Positions 50,479-63,410 are shown, numbered from the stretch's first letter. The stretch is 64,000 bases of DNA from Lytechinus pictus (GCF_037042905.1 NC_087249.1:7874001-7938000), one strand, 5' to 3'. The notes: a model not told the origin generated them from the sequence alone. Program-made: numbers and translations.

Positions 50479-51594
50479 CTTGTCATGAACTCGCACTGTG
50501 AAAAAGGACAGCAGTAAGACAGTGGTGGAACAGCTAAACAGCCAGAAAAGCGTCAGACCAGTGAAGATTAAGTCACCGTCAGCAATATAAAAGAGCTGAT
50601 ACAACAGAAAAATGATGAGCGGAATGTTCGTCGAGTAAATAACGCCTATAAGAGGAGAGAATACATCATCAGCAACCTCGACAGTGTGGCAAATAACAGC
50701 GTGTCTTCGCCGAAAACAATTCAGTGTCATTTTATCAATCGGATGGGGAGAGTTGAGAGCCTGGTCGAATTCTTCCGACAGGTTGTTGAATTGCAACGAA
50801 ATGTTATGACATATGAGGGAATAAAGAGCGCCCGGGAATATGTACGCAGTAGTTGCATAAACTGCGAAAATCAAGTTGATGCCGCAAAATAGCTCTGTAA
50901 GCCAAGGTCCGCAGACTCCACTTGAACTCAGCGGGTTTAGTCCTCCGAAGCCAAATGTCAAGAAAATCATAGTAGCAACGTTGAAAAGTGTCATACAAAT
51001 ACAAGTTATCGTTACAAATACAGCCGATTTGGTGTACTGTTTAGGATTCCCATGTAAGTTTTCTGCCTTTGTGTTGAGGGTTCTATCGAATGAGCATTGT
51101 GTTCGTCTTGTGTTAAGGAATGTAACCGAAGAGTTCCAATGACGATGGAACAAGGGCATTCCTTTTTCCCTGTAACACACTGCGAACATGATGGTATTGC
51201 ATATAGAAACGACGTAAAAGTAAACTTGCAATGTTATCTGATCGTACCTGACACTGAGAGAAATAACGTAGGTCATCCGAATCGCATTCAGCCACAGGTA
51301 TATACACACGAAGGCGTGATATACCCGAGAAAGGCCATTCCGCCAGCTCCTCGACCATGTCGACCTCGGTGGCTCAGGATCAGCATCAGGAAACCACCCT
51401 GAACCTTCAGTCTGGTCCTGGGTTCTGAGGGCGCCCTTGAAAGCTGTTTCGTGATAGACTCCGACGATCTTCAAAACCAGAAGGAGGGGTTCCAACATCT
51501 CATTCCAAAGAAGATTTACTTTCACATCATTCCTTGGAGGTTGATCTTGTTTGGTTGCAGAGTCCATCTTCCCAATAACAGAAATGCGATTCAT
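50479..51594 (-). CDS. Gustatory receptor-like exon 1C (372 aa, intact); no dedicated exons 2-4 visible
   Basis: Third paralog of the long first exon. Open frame from ATG to VHDK|gtaaaa (phase-0 donor). Confidence 0.88.
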
Positions 51595-53380
51595 TTCAGT
51601 CTGCTCCTTCTTTGATGATTACAGAAGCTTGCACAGTCAACTCTTCTCCGAGAACTCTTGGATAAGTCGTGGGAATGTCTAGCATATGGATCTTCTTTTT
51701 CAAATTTGTATTCGAAACGCCCAGGTAATCTTTGCTTTACATCAAATCTTCTTGTAAGTACGCTCTACGACAACTAAGAAACAACTGACAATAATCCAAC
51801 AAAATCAATTATTCCCACAAAAGCTACTCACCGGAGGTAATTAATTACCTTGCGTCATTGTTTGCATATTGTTTATAATTGTTCTGTATTGGTTATCGCA
51901 CCCTAATGGGTAAACTGACTTGGGAGATGGAGAAAGCGCTAATTGTATTTGTCTTAAAATCGATTTTCAATTGTGGTGGTACTGGAGAGGATTGTCTTGG
52001 TATAGGAAAAGAAAAGGGCCTTGTCTGTCTATAATTCTAAACAGAGTACCCCATCCTCGTCTCCCCACCCCCTCTCTCTTTCTATCTCTCTTTCTTTCTC
52101 GCAACCTCCATTCCTTTTCTTCTTGTTTACACTCTTTTTTCTTTTACCCCACTTTGTCAATAATGATAATTATAATTAGCATACGGGTGGTAATATTCGT
52201 AACAATAAGAATTGTAATGCAAAATAAGGCTGAACGGTCTTCTTGAAGTTGGGCAAAAAAATAATTTTGGCATACGAATTATTTGTTGGAGGTCACACAT
52301 CTTACACATAACTCATTCGTGGTTTTACGCAAATACTTAGCAGCTAGGGGGCGGGGAAGCGGGGGGCGTTGGTGCTTCAACCCCCAATTTTTTTCCTTAA
52401 AAAATCGTGTACAAAAACGTAAAAATAACCATCTGATTATGATTTTTTGCATGGTCATCCCCCCTCCCACACTTTCGGCTCAGCCCCCCCCCCCCCCCCA
52501 TTTTCAAAACCGCCGTCCGCGGCCCCTGCTTAGTGTGACATGTCTCAAGGATAGGGAATTGTGTATATTGACAGAAAAGATGACAAGATGAAAAAAGTTT
52601 TCTTTATCATTAAACTGTAATAAACTGTAATCCTTGAACACCAATTAGGGACATTTCCATCAAAAACAGTGTGCCGTTTATTCCTGATAGTTATATTTAC
52701 ACTTTAGATCTCATAGTGTATGTATTTGAATATCTTTATATGAGTAATAAGAAATCTATTTTCTTTAAATTATAGTTGGTGAATGAATTCTTAAATATGT
52801 TTATAAATGTCATATTTATCGGAAGCGTAATAAGTCGGAAATTTTGAGGGGATCAGACCTGGCTCGTGGGGCAAAATTTGTAAAAAGTTGCGAGTGAGCA
52901 AAGAATTCAATCTTTTATATTAAAAATAATAATTTTATGATAGATTTCGTCATGATATTTAGAAAAAATAACATCACATTTTTAGCCTTTTCCTTTCATT
53001 AGCGTTCTTTTCTCTCTCTTTTCCTTAGCCGCGAAAAGAAAATATTGGGAGGTCCATGTCTCCCCAAACCCATCCCACATCTTAATGCCCAGGGGCGGAT
53101 CCAGGATTTTCCAAAGGGGGGGGGGCAAGTTTTTCTACCACAAATTAAGGATATTTCGTGCCCGATAAAAATTGACAAGCAAAAAAAAAAAAAGGTTTTA
53201 AACCACATATGAAGGATAATTGGTATCCGATACCTCGGTTTCAATGGCATTTTTACATTACAAATTTTAATTTTGCTTCTCAAAGGGGGGGGGGGGGACA
53301 CGTGCCCCCTGTGCCCCCCCCCCCTGGATCCGCGCCTGTTAATGCCAGTGTTAAAAGTATGAAATATCAAGGCAAAATCC

Positions 53381-55486
53381 TATGGAAGCTTAGAAGTGCC
53401 ACCCAGATGTTGAGATAATTATCTTGGGAAGTCAACATCTTGCAAGCGAAAAGACCAGATGACGAGATCCCGGATCTCATCATGTCCACATCCTTCAGAA
53501 AAGATGATCAGATGACAAGATCCCGGATCTCATCATGTCGACATCTTTTAGAAGAGTTGATCAGATGACAAGATCCCGGATCTCATCATGTCGACATCTT
53601 TTAGAAGAGATGATCAGATGACAAGATCCTGGATCTCATAATGTCGACATCTTTTAGAAGAGATGATCAGATGACAAGATCCCGGATCTCGTCATGTCGA
53701 CATCTTTTAGAATAGATGATCAGATGGCAAGATCCCGGATCTCATCATGTCGACATCTTTTAGAAGAGATGATCAGATGACAAGATCCCGGATCTCATCA
53801 TGTCTACATCCTTTTGAAGAGATGATCAAATGACAAGATCTTGGATCTTATCATGTCTACATCCCGTGGGAGAGATGATCAGATGACAAGATCTTGGATC
53901 TCGTCATGTCTACATCCAGTGGAAGAGATGATCAGATGTCATGATCTCGTAACTCGTCATGTCTACATCTTTTAGAAGAGTTGATCAGATGACATGTTCA
54001 TGGATCGAAGATCTTGTCATCTGATCATCTCCTCCGCAGGATGTAGACATGATGTGATCCAAAAGTTCTCTAGTTACATAGGCATCTTGTTTTGAAGATT
54101 ACAAACATATTGCCCATCATATTTCCAAAAAAATTATAGCTCGCGCTTCGCGCTCGCATTAATTAAAAAGGGCTTATGATATTATTACATATTTACTTTA
54201 TTTTATAAGAATAAAGCTAATTATTGACTGTTAGGACTACCCTTTTAAAGAAACAAACAAACAAGAATAAACTTTGAGCTGCCGATCGAGGAAATTATGG
54301 GTGAAAAAATATTGTCCCCCCCCCCTATTCGCGAAAGTTGGATCCGCAGGAGGGGCAGGGGGCACATGAACCCCCAAAATAAATAAGAGGGAAACGCTAT
54401 TTTTCCAAAAAGGGAAATTCCTTTTTTTTCAAAATAAATACTCTTTTTAAAGTATACATTTTAGATTAATTTTCAGGCTGGAATATTACAATTTTTCAGC
54501 TCGCGCTTCGCACTCGCATTATTTGATTGGTGAAATATGTATCCTAAAAGATCACTAAATGCAGTCCTTAACAGGTTCCTTTTCTGGTCAGTATATTTAA
54601 GCTCGCGCTTTGCGCTCGTGTTAATTCTTTAGTTAGATCAAGGACCCTAGGTTCCATGATTAGATGCACATCTTATTAATGATGGCAGAAACCTGCTCGG
54701 CTTTTTTTTCAATTCTTATTGAAAAGCCCTAAAGTTTTAGCTTGTGATCCACGCTCGCAACACCTCGCAATAATGCCATTTTAACAATAATTGACCGCAA
54801 AAACGAGTTTTACAACTTCAGCTTTGATTTTTTTTCCAAACCGCTCGCTCATTCGAGTGTCATTTTTGGCTTTGCCCCCCAAACGAAAATTCGTTCGGCC
54901 GCCCTTGCCTCCCCATCCTAATAACAATTGAACAGCAACGGTGTTTCTCTACCCCCCCCCCCCACCACACTTGCCCTTCCTCTGCTTTCCCGGTTTTCAT
55001 TTTTCGGATTAACGAACATTCGGAATAACGAATCTTATTTCGTTATTTCGTTTTCGGATTAACGAACCTGGGAAACCCGGGATCTTGTCATCTGATCATC
55101 TCTTCTAAAAGATGTTAACACGATGAGATCCGGGATCTTGTCATCTGTTCGTCTCTTCTAAAAGATGTCGACATGACGAGATCCTGGATCTTGTCATCTG
55201 ATCATCTCTTCTGAAAGATGTCGACATGATGAGATCCTGGATCTTGTCATCTGATCATCTCTTCTGAAAGATGTTGACATGATGAGATCCGGGATCTTGT
55301 CATCTGATCATCTCTTCTAAAAGATGTGGACATGATGAGATCCTGGATCTTTTCATCTGATCATCTCTTCTGAAAGATGTGGACATGATGAGATCCGGGA
55401 TCTCGTCATCTGATCTTTTGCTATCAAGATGTCGACTTCCCAAGATAATTATCTCAACATCTCGGTGGCACTTTTAAGCTTCCATA
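53381..55486. mobile_element. IS3EU-like non-autonomous foldback element with 53-bp subterminal tandem repeats
   Basis: TATGG...CCATA termini and 6-bp TSD aaatcc (53375-80, 55487-92). Inverted arrays of gatcagatgacaagatcccggatctcatcatgtcgacatcttttagaagagat. Confidence 0.75.
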
Positions 55487-55569
55487 AAATCCAGACGTAC
55501 GTGTGTATGATTCCAAACAATGGCACTCTGTACGACTCAAAATTAGACATTCTCACTTTTTGTAATATA

Positions 55570-56552
55570 CAGTGCGTATCAAAAAAAGTTTACACTTAGG
55601 AAAAATCCTGTAAAATTATACATTTGTAATATCCTGAAGATTTTTCCACATTTTATCATTGGTACAGATCCATTTAAGCATATGACGATATAGCTGTCGA
55701 AAAATATTTCCGCTTGAGTGAGCACCACTTACTTTTAAAAAGTAGGTGAAAAATGATTTGCGCAGAACTTTGAAATAGTTATGCGAATAAAAGCAGACCT
55801 TAATCATGAAGAACATGTGGAATTATCTAGTAAAATTGATTTGAAGATATCTTATACCCCTTTTAACTTGTTTCCTTGCCCAAACACTTCGAAGAGTGCT
55901 TTGCGCCCCACCCAACTCCCCCACACACCGAGGCCATCGTGACGATATTTGCTTTACATTGAGCTGTGATTTACATGAAATGGCTTAGGCTTGATTTTCA
56001 TTTTGTTATTCATTGTCAAGCTCGGGAAAAGTGTGGAGAAACAAGTATTAAATGAAAAATGAAATGTAAACCCACTTTAAATGATAAAAACTTAGTCAAA
56101 AAATGGTGGAGATGTCTGACATAATTTTTTTTCAGATTTAGTTATGTCTTCAGATCCAGCTGGCACAAAAAGGGTAAAGGTTGCGCCTATTAAGTGTTGA
56201 AATTTCAATTTGGGTGGCAAAATTGTTCCAAAATACTTGAATGTATCCGTTTTATTTCAATTGACTAAAAGTGCAAGGGAAATGTATGAGAAATGTTCCG
56301 CAGGGTAAGTTTGATTTTGCCCTTTCCCTTTGACACAGCGTGAAAATGAGCATTTCTGCGCAAACAGATTTCTGCGAGCTTTACAAAAATGGACAGTGCT
56401 CACTTTAGTGTAACATTCTGTCAAAAAGTTTACTTTCATTGGATAGATGAGACCCAAACCCAAGATTATATGTGAAAAAATTACCCACATGTTGTATATT
56501 TTTAAATTCCCAGGGCTTTTTCAAAGTGTAAACTTTTTTTTGATACGCACTG
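55570..56552. mobile_element. Non-autonomous Tc1/mariner-like element
   Basis: TIR CAGTGCGTATCAAAAAAAGTTTACACTT, TA TSD, 983 bp, no ORF. Confidence 0.85.
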
Positions 56553-56559
56553 TATAATC

Positions 56560-56790
56560 ATAATTAAACGTTTTTGTATAGCGCAAAATACGCTTTTTCT
56601 ATAAATAAACAGCACTGGGTTCCCAATTGTCTACAAAATGCTAAATAAATGTGTTTTCAAACAATTTCTGAACTTTTCATAATATGCTGTTATATTACTT
56701 GGATTTTCTGGCAGATTATTCCATGAAAAAGCGGCTGCATATAAGAATGATCTTTCCCCATATGACTTTGTCTTCAAGAAGAAATTCTTG
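56560..56790 (-). mobile_element. L2-like LINE 3' fragment
   Basis: Minus strand reads TKSYGERSFLYAAAFSWNNLPE. Confidence 0.65.
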
Positions 56791-56938
56791 AATAAATTGA
56801 GATAACCGAACTCCAGTTGAATGGGGTCGTTGCCATTTTTTTATGAATCTTATTTATCATTGGAGCAAGCCTCGACAAGCTTTTTGCTTTTACTAGTTCC
56901 CCCATTGTTAACTAATTACTGGATTTATGTGTAATTAT

Positions 56939-57452
56939 GGGCCTTTTCACACGTGAATCTTGAATCATCATTGTAATGATGATTGCTATTGTAATCGTGA
57001 CTGTGATTAGCGTTCGTGATTCTAATCATGTTCTAGTTTGGTTTCACACGTGCTAGATATTGGTCACTAGCCTTATTTTTCACTGGAATCATCTTTCAAA
57101 TTACGATTTTTTTATACCTAAATGTCGCGTGTAATCTATCGGCCTTTTTACACGTGAATCTTGAATCATCAATGTAATGATGATTGCAATTCGTCTTTAG
57201 AATCATCGGACCTTTCACACGGAAAATTCGTACCGTAATTTGAGTGAAACTTAACTGGCCGCCCTTTCACACGGTAAAAAAAAAATCGTAATTTGAATGA
57301 TGATTCCAGTGAAAATAAGGCTAATGACGAATATTTAGCACGTGTGAAACCAAACTAGAACATGATTAGAATCACGAACGCTAATCACAGTTACGATAAC
57401 AATAGCAATCATCATTACAACGATGATTCAAGATTCACGTGTGAAAAGACCC
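56939..57452. mobile_element. PIF/Harbinger-like MITE, with partial extra copies extending to about 57610
   Basis: Long TIRs ggg.cttttcacacgtgaatcttgaatcatc, flanked by tat / taa. Confidence 0.65.
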
Positions 57453-60044
57453 TAAAATTCACCTCCGAAGTAGAATTTGAATTCGTGATTGTGATTAGCG
57501 TTGGTGATTCTAGTTTGGTTTCACCCGTGCAAAAAAAAAATCATCATTAGCCTTATTTTTCACTGGAATCATCATTCAAATTACGATTTTGTTACCGTGC
57601 GAAAGGGCGATGAGTCTTATGTAATTTATGAAATGTGTTCTCCATTCACGCCAGCATATGTACAGGATACATTGCACATAATTATGAAGGGATTTTTATT
57701 CAAAACCACATGACAGAATGAACATCCCGATGAAGGATTGTACAATAACAGTAAGTTGCTTTGTCTATTCTGAGTATTTATTAATCCTGTTTTGTCGGAT
57801 CAAATTATAATCTATATGCATAATTCAATGTCGGCCTATGTTCGATTCAAATCAATTTGATTTTCCAGTCAATTCCATTAAAAATCAATATAAGGTGTAG
57901 CATAGAGTGATATCAAATAAAATGTACAACAGTGAGAGGCAGGCAAATGTAAGATAAAACAAGAAACATCTGACGATATACAAAGAAACTATATTATTGG
58001 AATTTTGAGGCCATAAAAACCTTACAGGTTTGTCAAGACGGGGATACGACATATGCTCCTGCAGTCCTGCTACATTTTCCCCGGTCTTAATATCCCACAA
58101 GGCATATGGTTAGAGGTAGGAAAGTATTGGAATGTTTTATTCTGAATGATGTAAAGATTAGGATCAGTGTTTATCAGTTCTGGAGGTTAGGTTTGTGTTT
58201 GGCTCATTTAGCAGATTTCCCATCGGATCAGTTGTTGCCGGAACAAATGTCATGAAATCGTCTAAACAACCACCTTATGTATGAATGATATAAGTGTAAT
58301 TAAATTACAACAATATATACAAAAATGCAAATGAAGTGATACCATAAAATTCAATTAATTTAATATTTATACAATCAAATGAAATCTTAAAACACATTCA
58401 AACGGACAAACGATCGATATCCTTAGCTGGAAAGACCTACAGTGCGCTCTTTGAGGCCAAAAAATACTCCAAAGGGTCAAAGCGCACACAAAATTCCACA
58501 CTCTTTTCTATTGTGTGTGCGTCGAAGTGGCGTGGAGATGGTGGAGCACTTTCCGCATTGCTCTGGCCCCATATACTGTTATTTGTGTCGTGGCGCCACG
58601 GCAAAGGAATTCGCCTGACCAGGCCCCCTCCTTGTAAAACACCTGTTAACGTACCGCTGGCGGGATATGTTGTTGTCCAGCTAGCCTGACCTGAGATAAC
58701 CCCCCATTAACTCGCTTCGCGCGTTAAGAGGTAATAGGCTAGATAATCGACACCTCATAAATGCTATTTATCATTATTATTATTATTATTGTTGTTGTCG
58801 ACTTGTTGTTATTATTACAAAGCAGTCGTCTAATAAACATAAATTTGTTCCAAACAACTAAAGCACTATGTCAAAATAAAATGATATATAATTTTTATTT
58901 GAAGTCGATAATTGATTTATTGTATTGTAATCATTTACATTTCAATTTACGACAGTGAATTATATGAAGTATAATTGTTTATATTTAAAAGTTGATATTC
59001 CACAGGAGTAGGTGTTAAGTTGATATAATATTATATTTAGAACATTAAATTTCGAAAAAAAATTACCTTAGTGCAGACCAGTATGAACACGCTCGAATCA
59101 TTCTTTTTGGAAGATAAGTAATCTTTCTAAGTTTGAAGGATACGTAGGGCTATTTGCCCATATACATGTACGTTACAAAATCGATTTTTCGCAATGTGAC
59201 GGGGACAGATTCTGCAACATAGAAAATCTATTGAAAAAAAACCCCGTCAAATCACAATGGACAGCTTTGAGGTCTTTGTCGAAAATTGGTGATCAGAGAC
59301 AGCTGATCGTCCCAAGATTCGGAGCTCGCGAAAAAATTGCAAATATATCGTTTGTCCAGGGTCTATGACGAAACTGCTGTTTTGATTCACCGATTTTCGA
59401 CAAAGACTGCTTTGTTGTGAAGGGCCTATGACAATAGATTTCTTTGTTGCATAATCCGTCGCGATTGCGAAACATCCCTATTAAGACAAGATTCGGGTAT
59501 GATACAAATCAAAAGAATGTGTTGAAGCAAGAAATTACTGAGTTTGTGGATGACACCATAATTATTGGATATTTTGGTTCTCACGTCCATGATAGTTAAG
59601 ATTATTGTTTCAATGAGTCCATCTCGACTCGCTTGATGACGTGAATATTCTTTTTATTATCTTATACTTCAATATTATTTGCTTTATTTTGTCCACACAT
59701 TAACATATAGTTTGATTTGTCAATAGTCAAGGAAACTCTGCTATAGTTAGTTTAGGTAATTTTTGATTTAAAACATTATTCAAAGATGCACTGTACTTGT
59801 TAGGACATGCACGAGGGAGGTGAAAATAGAATGTATAATAAATGTATGAAATATTCTTTGTTGAAAACATGTTTATATATTTTTTGTAATGATACATCAT
59901 TTCTGTAAAATCACCATGACCACTTTATATGCCTTTCAATCATATATTTTAAATGTAACTAATATGTATGTTTTAATGATTATGTAAATCCCGAAACAAA
60001 TTTCCTTTATGGCTTAATAAAATTGAATTGCATTGAATTGAATC

Positions 60045-60300
60045 TGATATTAAAATATTAAGATAATTTGCAATTAGTAAAATTTCAATGTCTGAACAAT
60101 ATGGTAATCAATCAATATTAAAATATGGTAGCGGCCCGAGTACAGATCCTGGGGCACACCACATAAAATATCTAAATGTTCTGATAAAATGTTATATAGC
60201 AATATACATATTTCACATGGTTTGACTGATAATTGTGAAACCAACATAATACATGACCCCTAATTCCATAAAACTGTAATGTTTGTAAAAATATATATTT
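60045..60300 (-). pseudogene. Degraded LINE RT fragment
   Basis: Minus strand carries CGVPQGSVLGP-like and YGIRG-like motifs with frameshifts. Confidence 0.65.
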
Positions 60301-62423
60301 CAGTCCAAAAGCCCGAAATTTCAATTATGTGTGAACGGCTCTAATGACTATAGTCGGCAATGGGGTGTGATGGTGCAATTTGCTTCTCTAATTGCAGACA
60401 TTTTACCATTAATTTTATCAAATTGTTTCACCGATAACTTCCACTTGAGAGCACAAGGTAATCAGATTAGGAGGGTGCTCAAGGTCGAGAACACCTGGCC
60501 AAAACAACTACTATTCCAGTGGCGGATCCAGGGGGGCACAGGGGGCGCCCCCCCCCCCCCCAATGATTCCGCATGTGCAAAAATAAAATAAGATGGTATT
60601 GAGCTACACAACTCGTTCTTTATTTCAAATCATGCTCAAATTGTCCGCTTTTCAGATTGGAATATAAAAATTTTCAGCTCGCGCTTCGCGCTCGCATCAT
60701 TTCTGTAGCAAAACCCCATACTTTTCATGATTAAATAGGTGAATGGAATGTCCCATTTTCAGTTCTAAACCTCAAAAGAACTCCCGCTTCGATTTGCAAT
60801 AATCTTTTGTAGGATATAATCTTGTTCTTTATTAAAAACGTCAATTAAACTGTCTTTTTTTTCAGATCGAAATATTAAAATTTTAAGCTCGCGCTTCGCG
60901 CTCGCATCTATCGTTTTTTTAGATACCCATCTTAATCATTGGTACCAAAAATGCTTAGAATATCAAGCTTTCTGGTCAGAATATAAAGAAATTTCAGCTC
61001 GCCCTCGCATTATCTGTGTAGTGAGATATGTATCCTCCTCATGAGTTACTACAAACAGTCCTAAACAGGCACCTTTTTCCTGTATTCAGGTCAGTATACT
61101 AAAAAATTTCAGCTCGCGCTCGCATTAATTTGTTGGTGAGATATGTGTCTCTATCTCATGAGTCATATAAATAAATAAATATATATATATATGCATATGT
61201 GTGTGTGCGTGTTTGTGTGTGTGAGTTTGTTTGTTTTGTGTGATCGAGCGCCTTTGGAAAGTTGATTCATGATTTTGCCCCCCCCCCCCATCTGAAAAAG
61301 GATCGACGCCCCTGTGTATATATATATAGTAAAAAAAAAACTCAATTAATATACAAAAGTATTGGCCTCATCACAAAAAAGGGTTAGTTCACGAGATTTT
61401 GAAATCGCACATAACATGCATAATTTGTGTTACTTTTTGCTTGTTTCTTTCTTTAATATGTTTTTCAATCTCTCTCTTTATATGTTTTAGAAAGATTATA
61501 TGTTAAAATTGATGTATATTCTCTGTTATAATAAGATATGTTTAAGTGGACTTCAGGGAATGGTCGTACGCAGCAAGGGGGATGGGGGGGGGGGGCAAAT
61601 TCCCGATCAGCTGTTGTGAAAGCACTTTTTTTCCCCCTAACATTTCATGAAAACTATGAAAAATGTGCATATGTGAGATGTGCACCAAATACTGTTATTA
61701 CACTTGTAAAAAAAAATAATCGCCCAATTGAGCAGCTCGGTCCGTTTACCCTATCGTTTTTATTTTATTCTTTTAAATAAGTTCGAGTCTTGCCCCCCCC
61801 CCCCGGAAATATTTTCTGCGTGTGGTCATGCAAAATGGCATGAATAAAAATCCTACATTTGAAAAGAGCATTTGACAGGGTCAGACTTTACCCCTTTTTC
61901 ACCATTTTCTTTTATGGCGCCGGTAAAGTGCAAAAGTATGTGCGCCCCTCGGCAGTGCGCCCCCCTTTCGCCAAAAGCTGGATCCGCCTATGTATTCCAT
62001 TCATTATCCATCGTAATTTAAACGCTTACTCAGGCGTGTTATTGAGCGGCAGAAAGTTAATCCTCGTTTAATATCATAATTAAGTCGAATTCAAACCTAA
62101 ATTATCTCTTTTCCAGAGCAGGTAAAGCGAGATTAACAGTGATCATGATTACATAAATTCGTAAAATGATAGCCGTACGTGGCGGGTCGCAAATAGCTTC
62201 ACCAACCTGATAACTGCAAACTTTCCAGTTAATAGTTCTATTTTACATATTCATTCTGAATTTTTGATGATGCCTATAACAACAAGAAAAAGTATTATAA
62301 TGTCGACCTCGGGATTTATCTTGGATTTTTATAATACCTTCCGCTAACTCGGCTAAAAACCACAAAGCTTGATCAATTGTGTCAAGAAGAACATCGATCC
62401 TGGGATATTTTAAGGATTGGCAA

Positions 62424-63410
62424 ATGATGTCTTCATTCAATGTAAATGTGATGCCAGTGGCGTTTGTTCCGAATCATCCTGTATACACCGGGATTTGTGT
62501 CACTTCTGCAGTACTTCTCGTGTGTATCATAGTCGTCGGAAACTTTCTAGTAGTCGCAACATTTCTGAAAAGTGAGAGTCTTAGGAGACCTTCGTATCTT
62601 CTTCTATCAAGTTTAGCTGCAGTCGATTTAATGACTGGCGTCATAGCGATTCCGTTGGAAACTTTTAAAAGATTCGTAGTGATTGAAGTGACGTGTCTAT
62701 ACACATACTCACGATATTTTTCGGGTTTTGTCTATCTTTTTGCCTCGAATTCTCTGCTTCATATCGTCATGGTAACCTGGGACCGATATATCGCTGTTCA
62801 CAAACCCCTTCGTTACGAAACTCTCGTTACCGCTAATCGTGTTGCGATCGGGATAATCTTCAGCTGGTTGCTTAGTATCGGGTTTTTGATAGGCCTTGTA
62901 ACGAAGGAAGAAGATCCAACTCTTATTGCAAACTACTGTGCTGGTACCAACAATCAAACCGATCGTCTTACTCGAATAGGGATCATCCTCATCATGGTAG
63001 CTATCATTTTGTCAGCATTGACTTTGATCACGCTCAACATGTTAATTCTACGCACAGCAATGCAGCATGCGCGTAGAATCGCACAGATGGAACGCGCAGT
63101 AGGCCAAAGGGAGGACGAAACCAGGTCTCGTGTTAAGGCATCGCAGATAGTAACAACTATCACTCTCGCGTTTTTCATTTGTTACATTCCAACAAGTGTG
63201 TTACATATCATTCTCGGTGTCGACATCGAAGGTCGTCTCTACAGTCGACCTGTCGACGACGTCACCACATTTATATTTTTATGCGGCTCTGCAGTGAATC
63301 CTGTTATATACAGTTACCGCGATCGTGTGTTCCGCGATAAGGCTCTCCGGTATTTCAAGGACAAGTCCGTCTGGAGAAAATTATGTTCTGCTGAATCCAC
63401 GTTTGCTTAA
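62424..63410 (+). CDS. Class A (rhodopsin-like) GPCR with intronless CDS, orphan; putative chemoreceptor
   Basis: TM1 GN, TM2 SLAAVD, TM3 Cys and WDRY, TM4 W, ECL2 Cys, TM6 CYIP, TM7 NPVIY, helix 8 FR. First in-frame ATG at 62424 (328 aa). Confidence 0.94.
   Translation: MMSSFNVNVMPVAFVPNHPVYTGICVTSAVLLVCIIVVGNFLVVATFLKSESLRRPSYLLLSSLAAVDLMTGVIAIPLETFKRFVVIEVTCLYTYSRYFSGFVYLFASNSLLHIVMVTWDRYIAVHKPLRYETLVTANRVAIGIIFSWLLSIGFLIGLVTKEEDPTLIANYCAGTNNQTDRLTRIGIILIMVAIILSALTLITLNMLILRTAMQHARRIAQMERAVGQREDETRSRVKASQIVTTITLAFFICYIPTSVLHIILGVDIEGRLYSRPVDDVTTFIFLCGSAVNPVIYSYRDRVFRDKALRYFKDKSVWRKLCSAESTFA

Noticed and set aside
53450-54060. Regular palindromic repeats resembling a CRISPR array
   Set aside because: These are contiguous 53-bp tandem units with no unique spacers, in a eukaryotic context with no cas genes. 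They form the arms of a foldback transposon.
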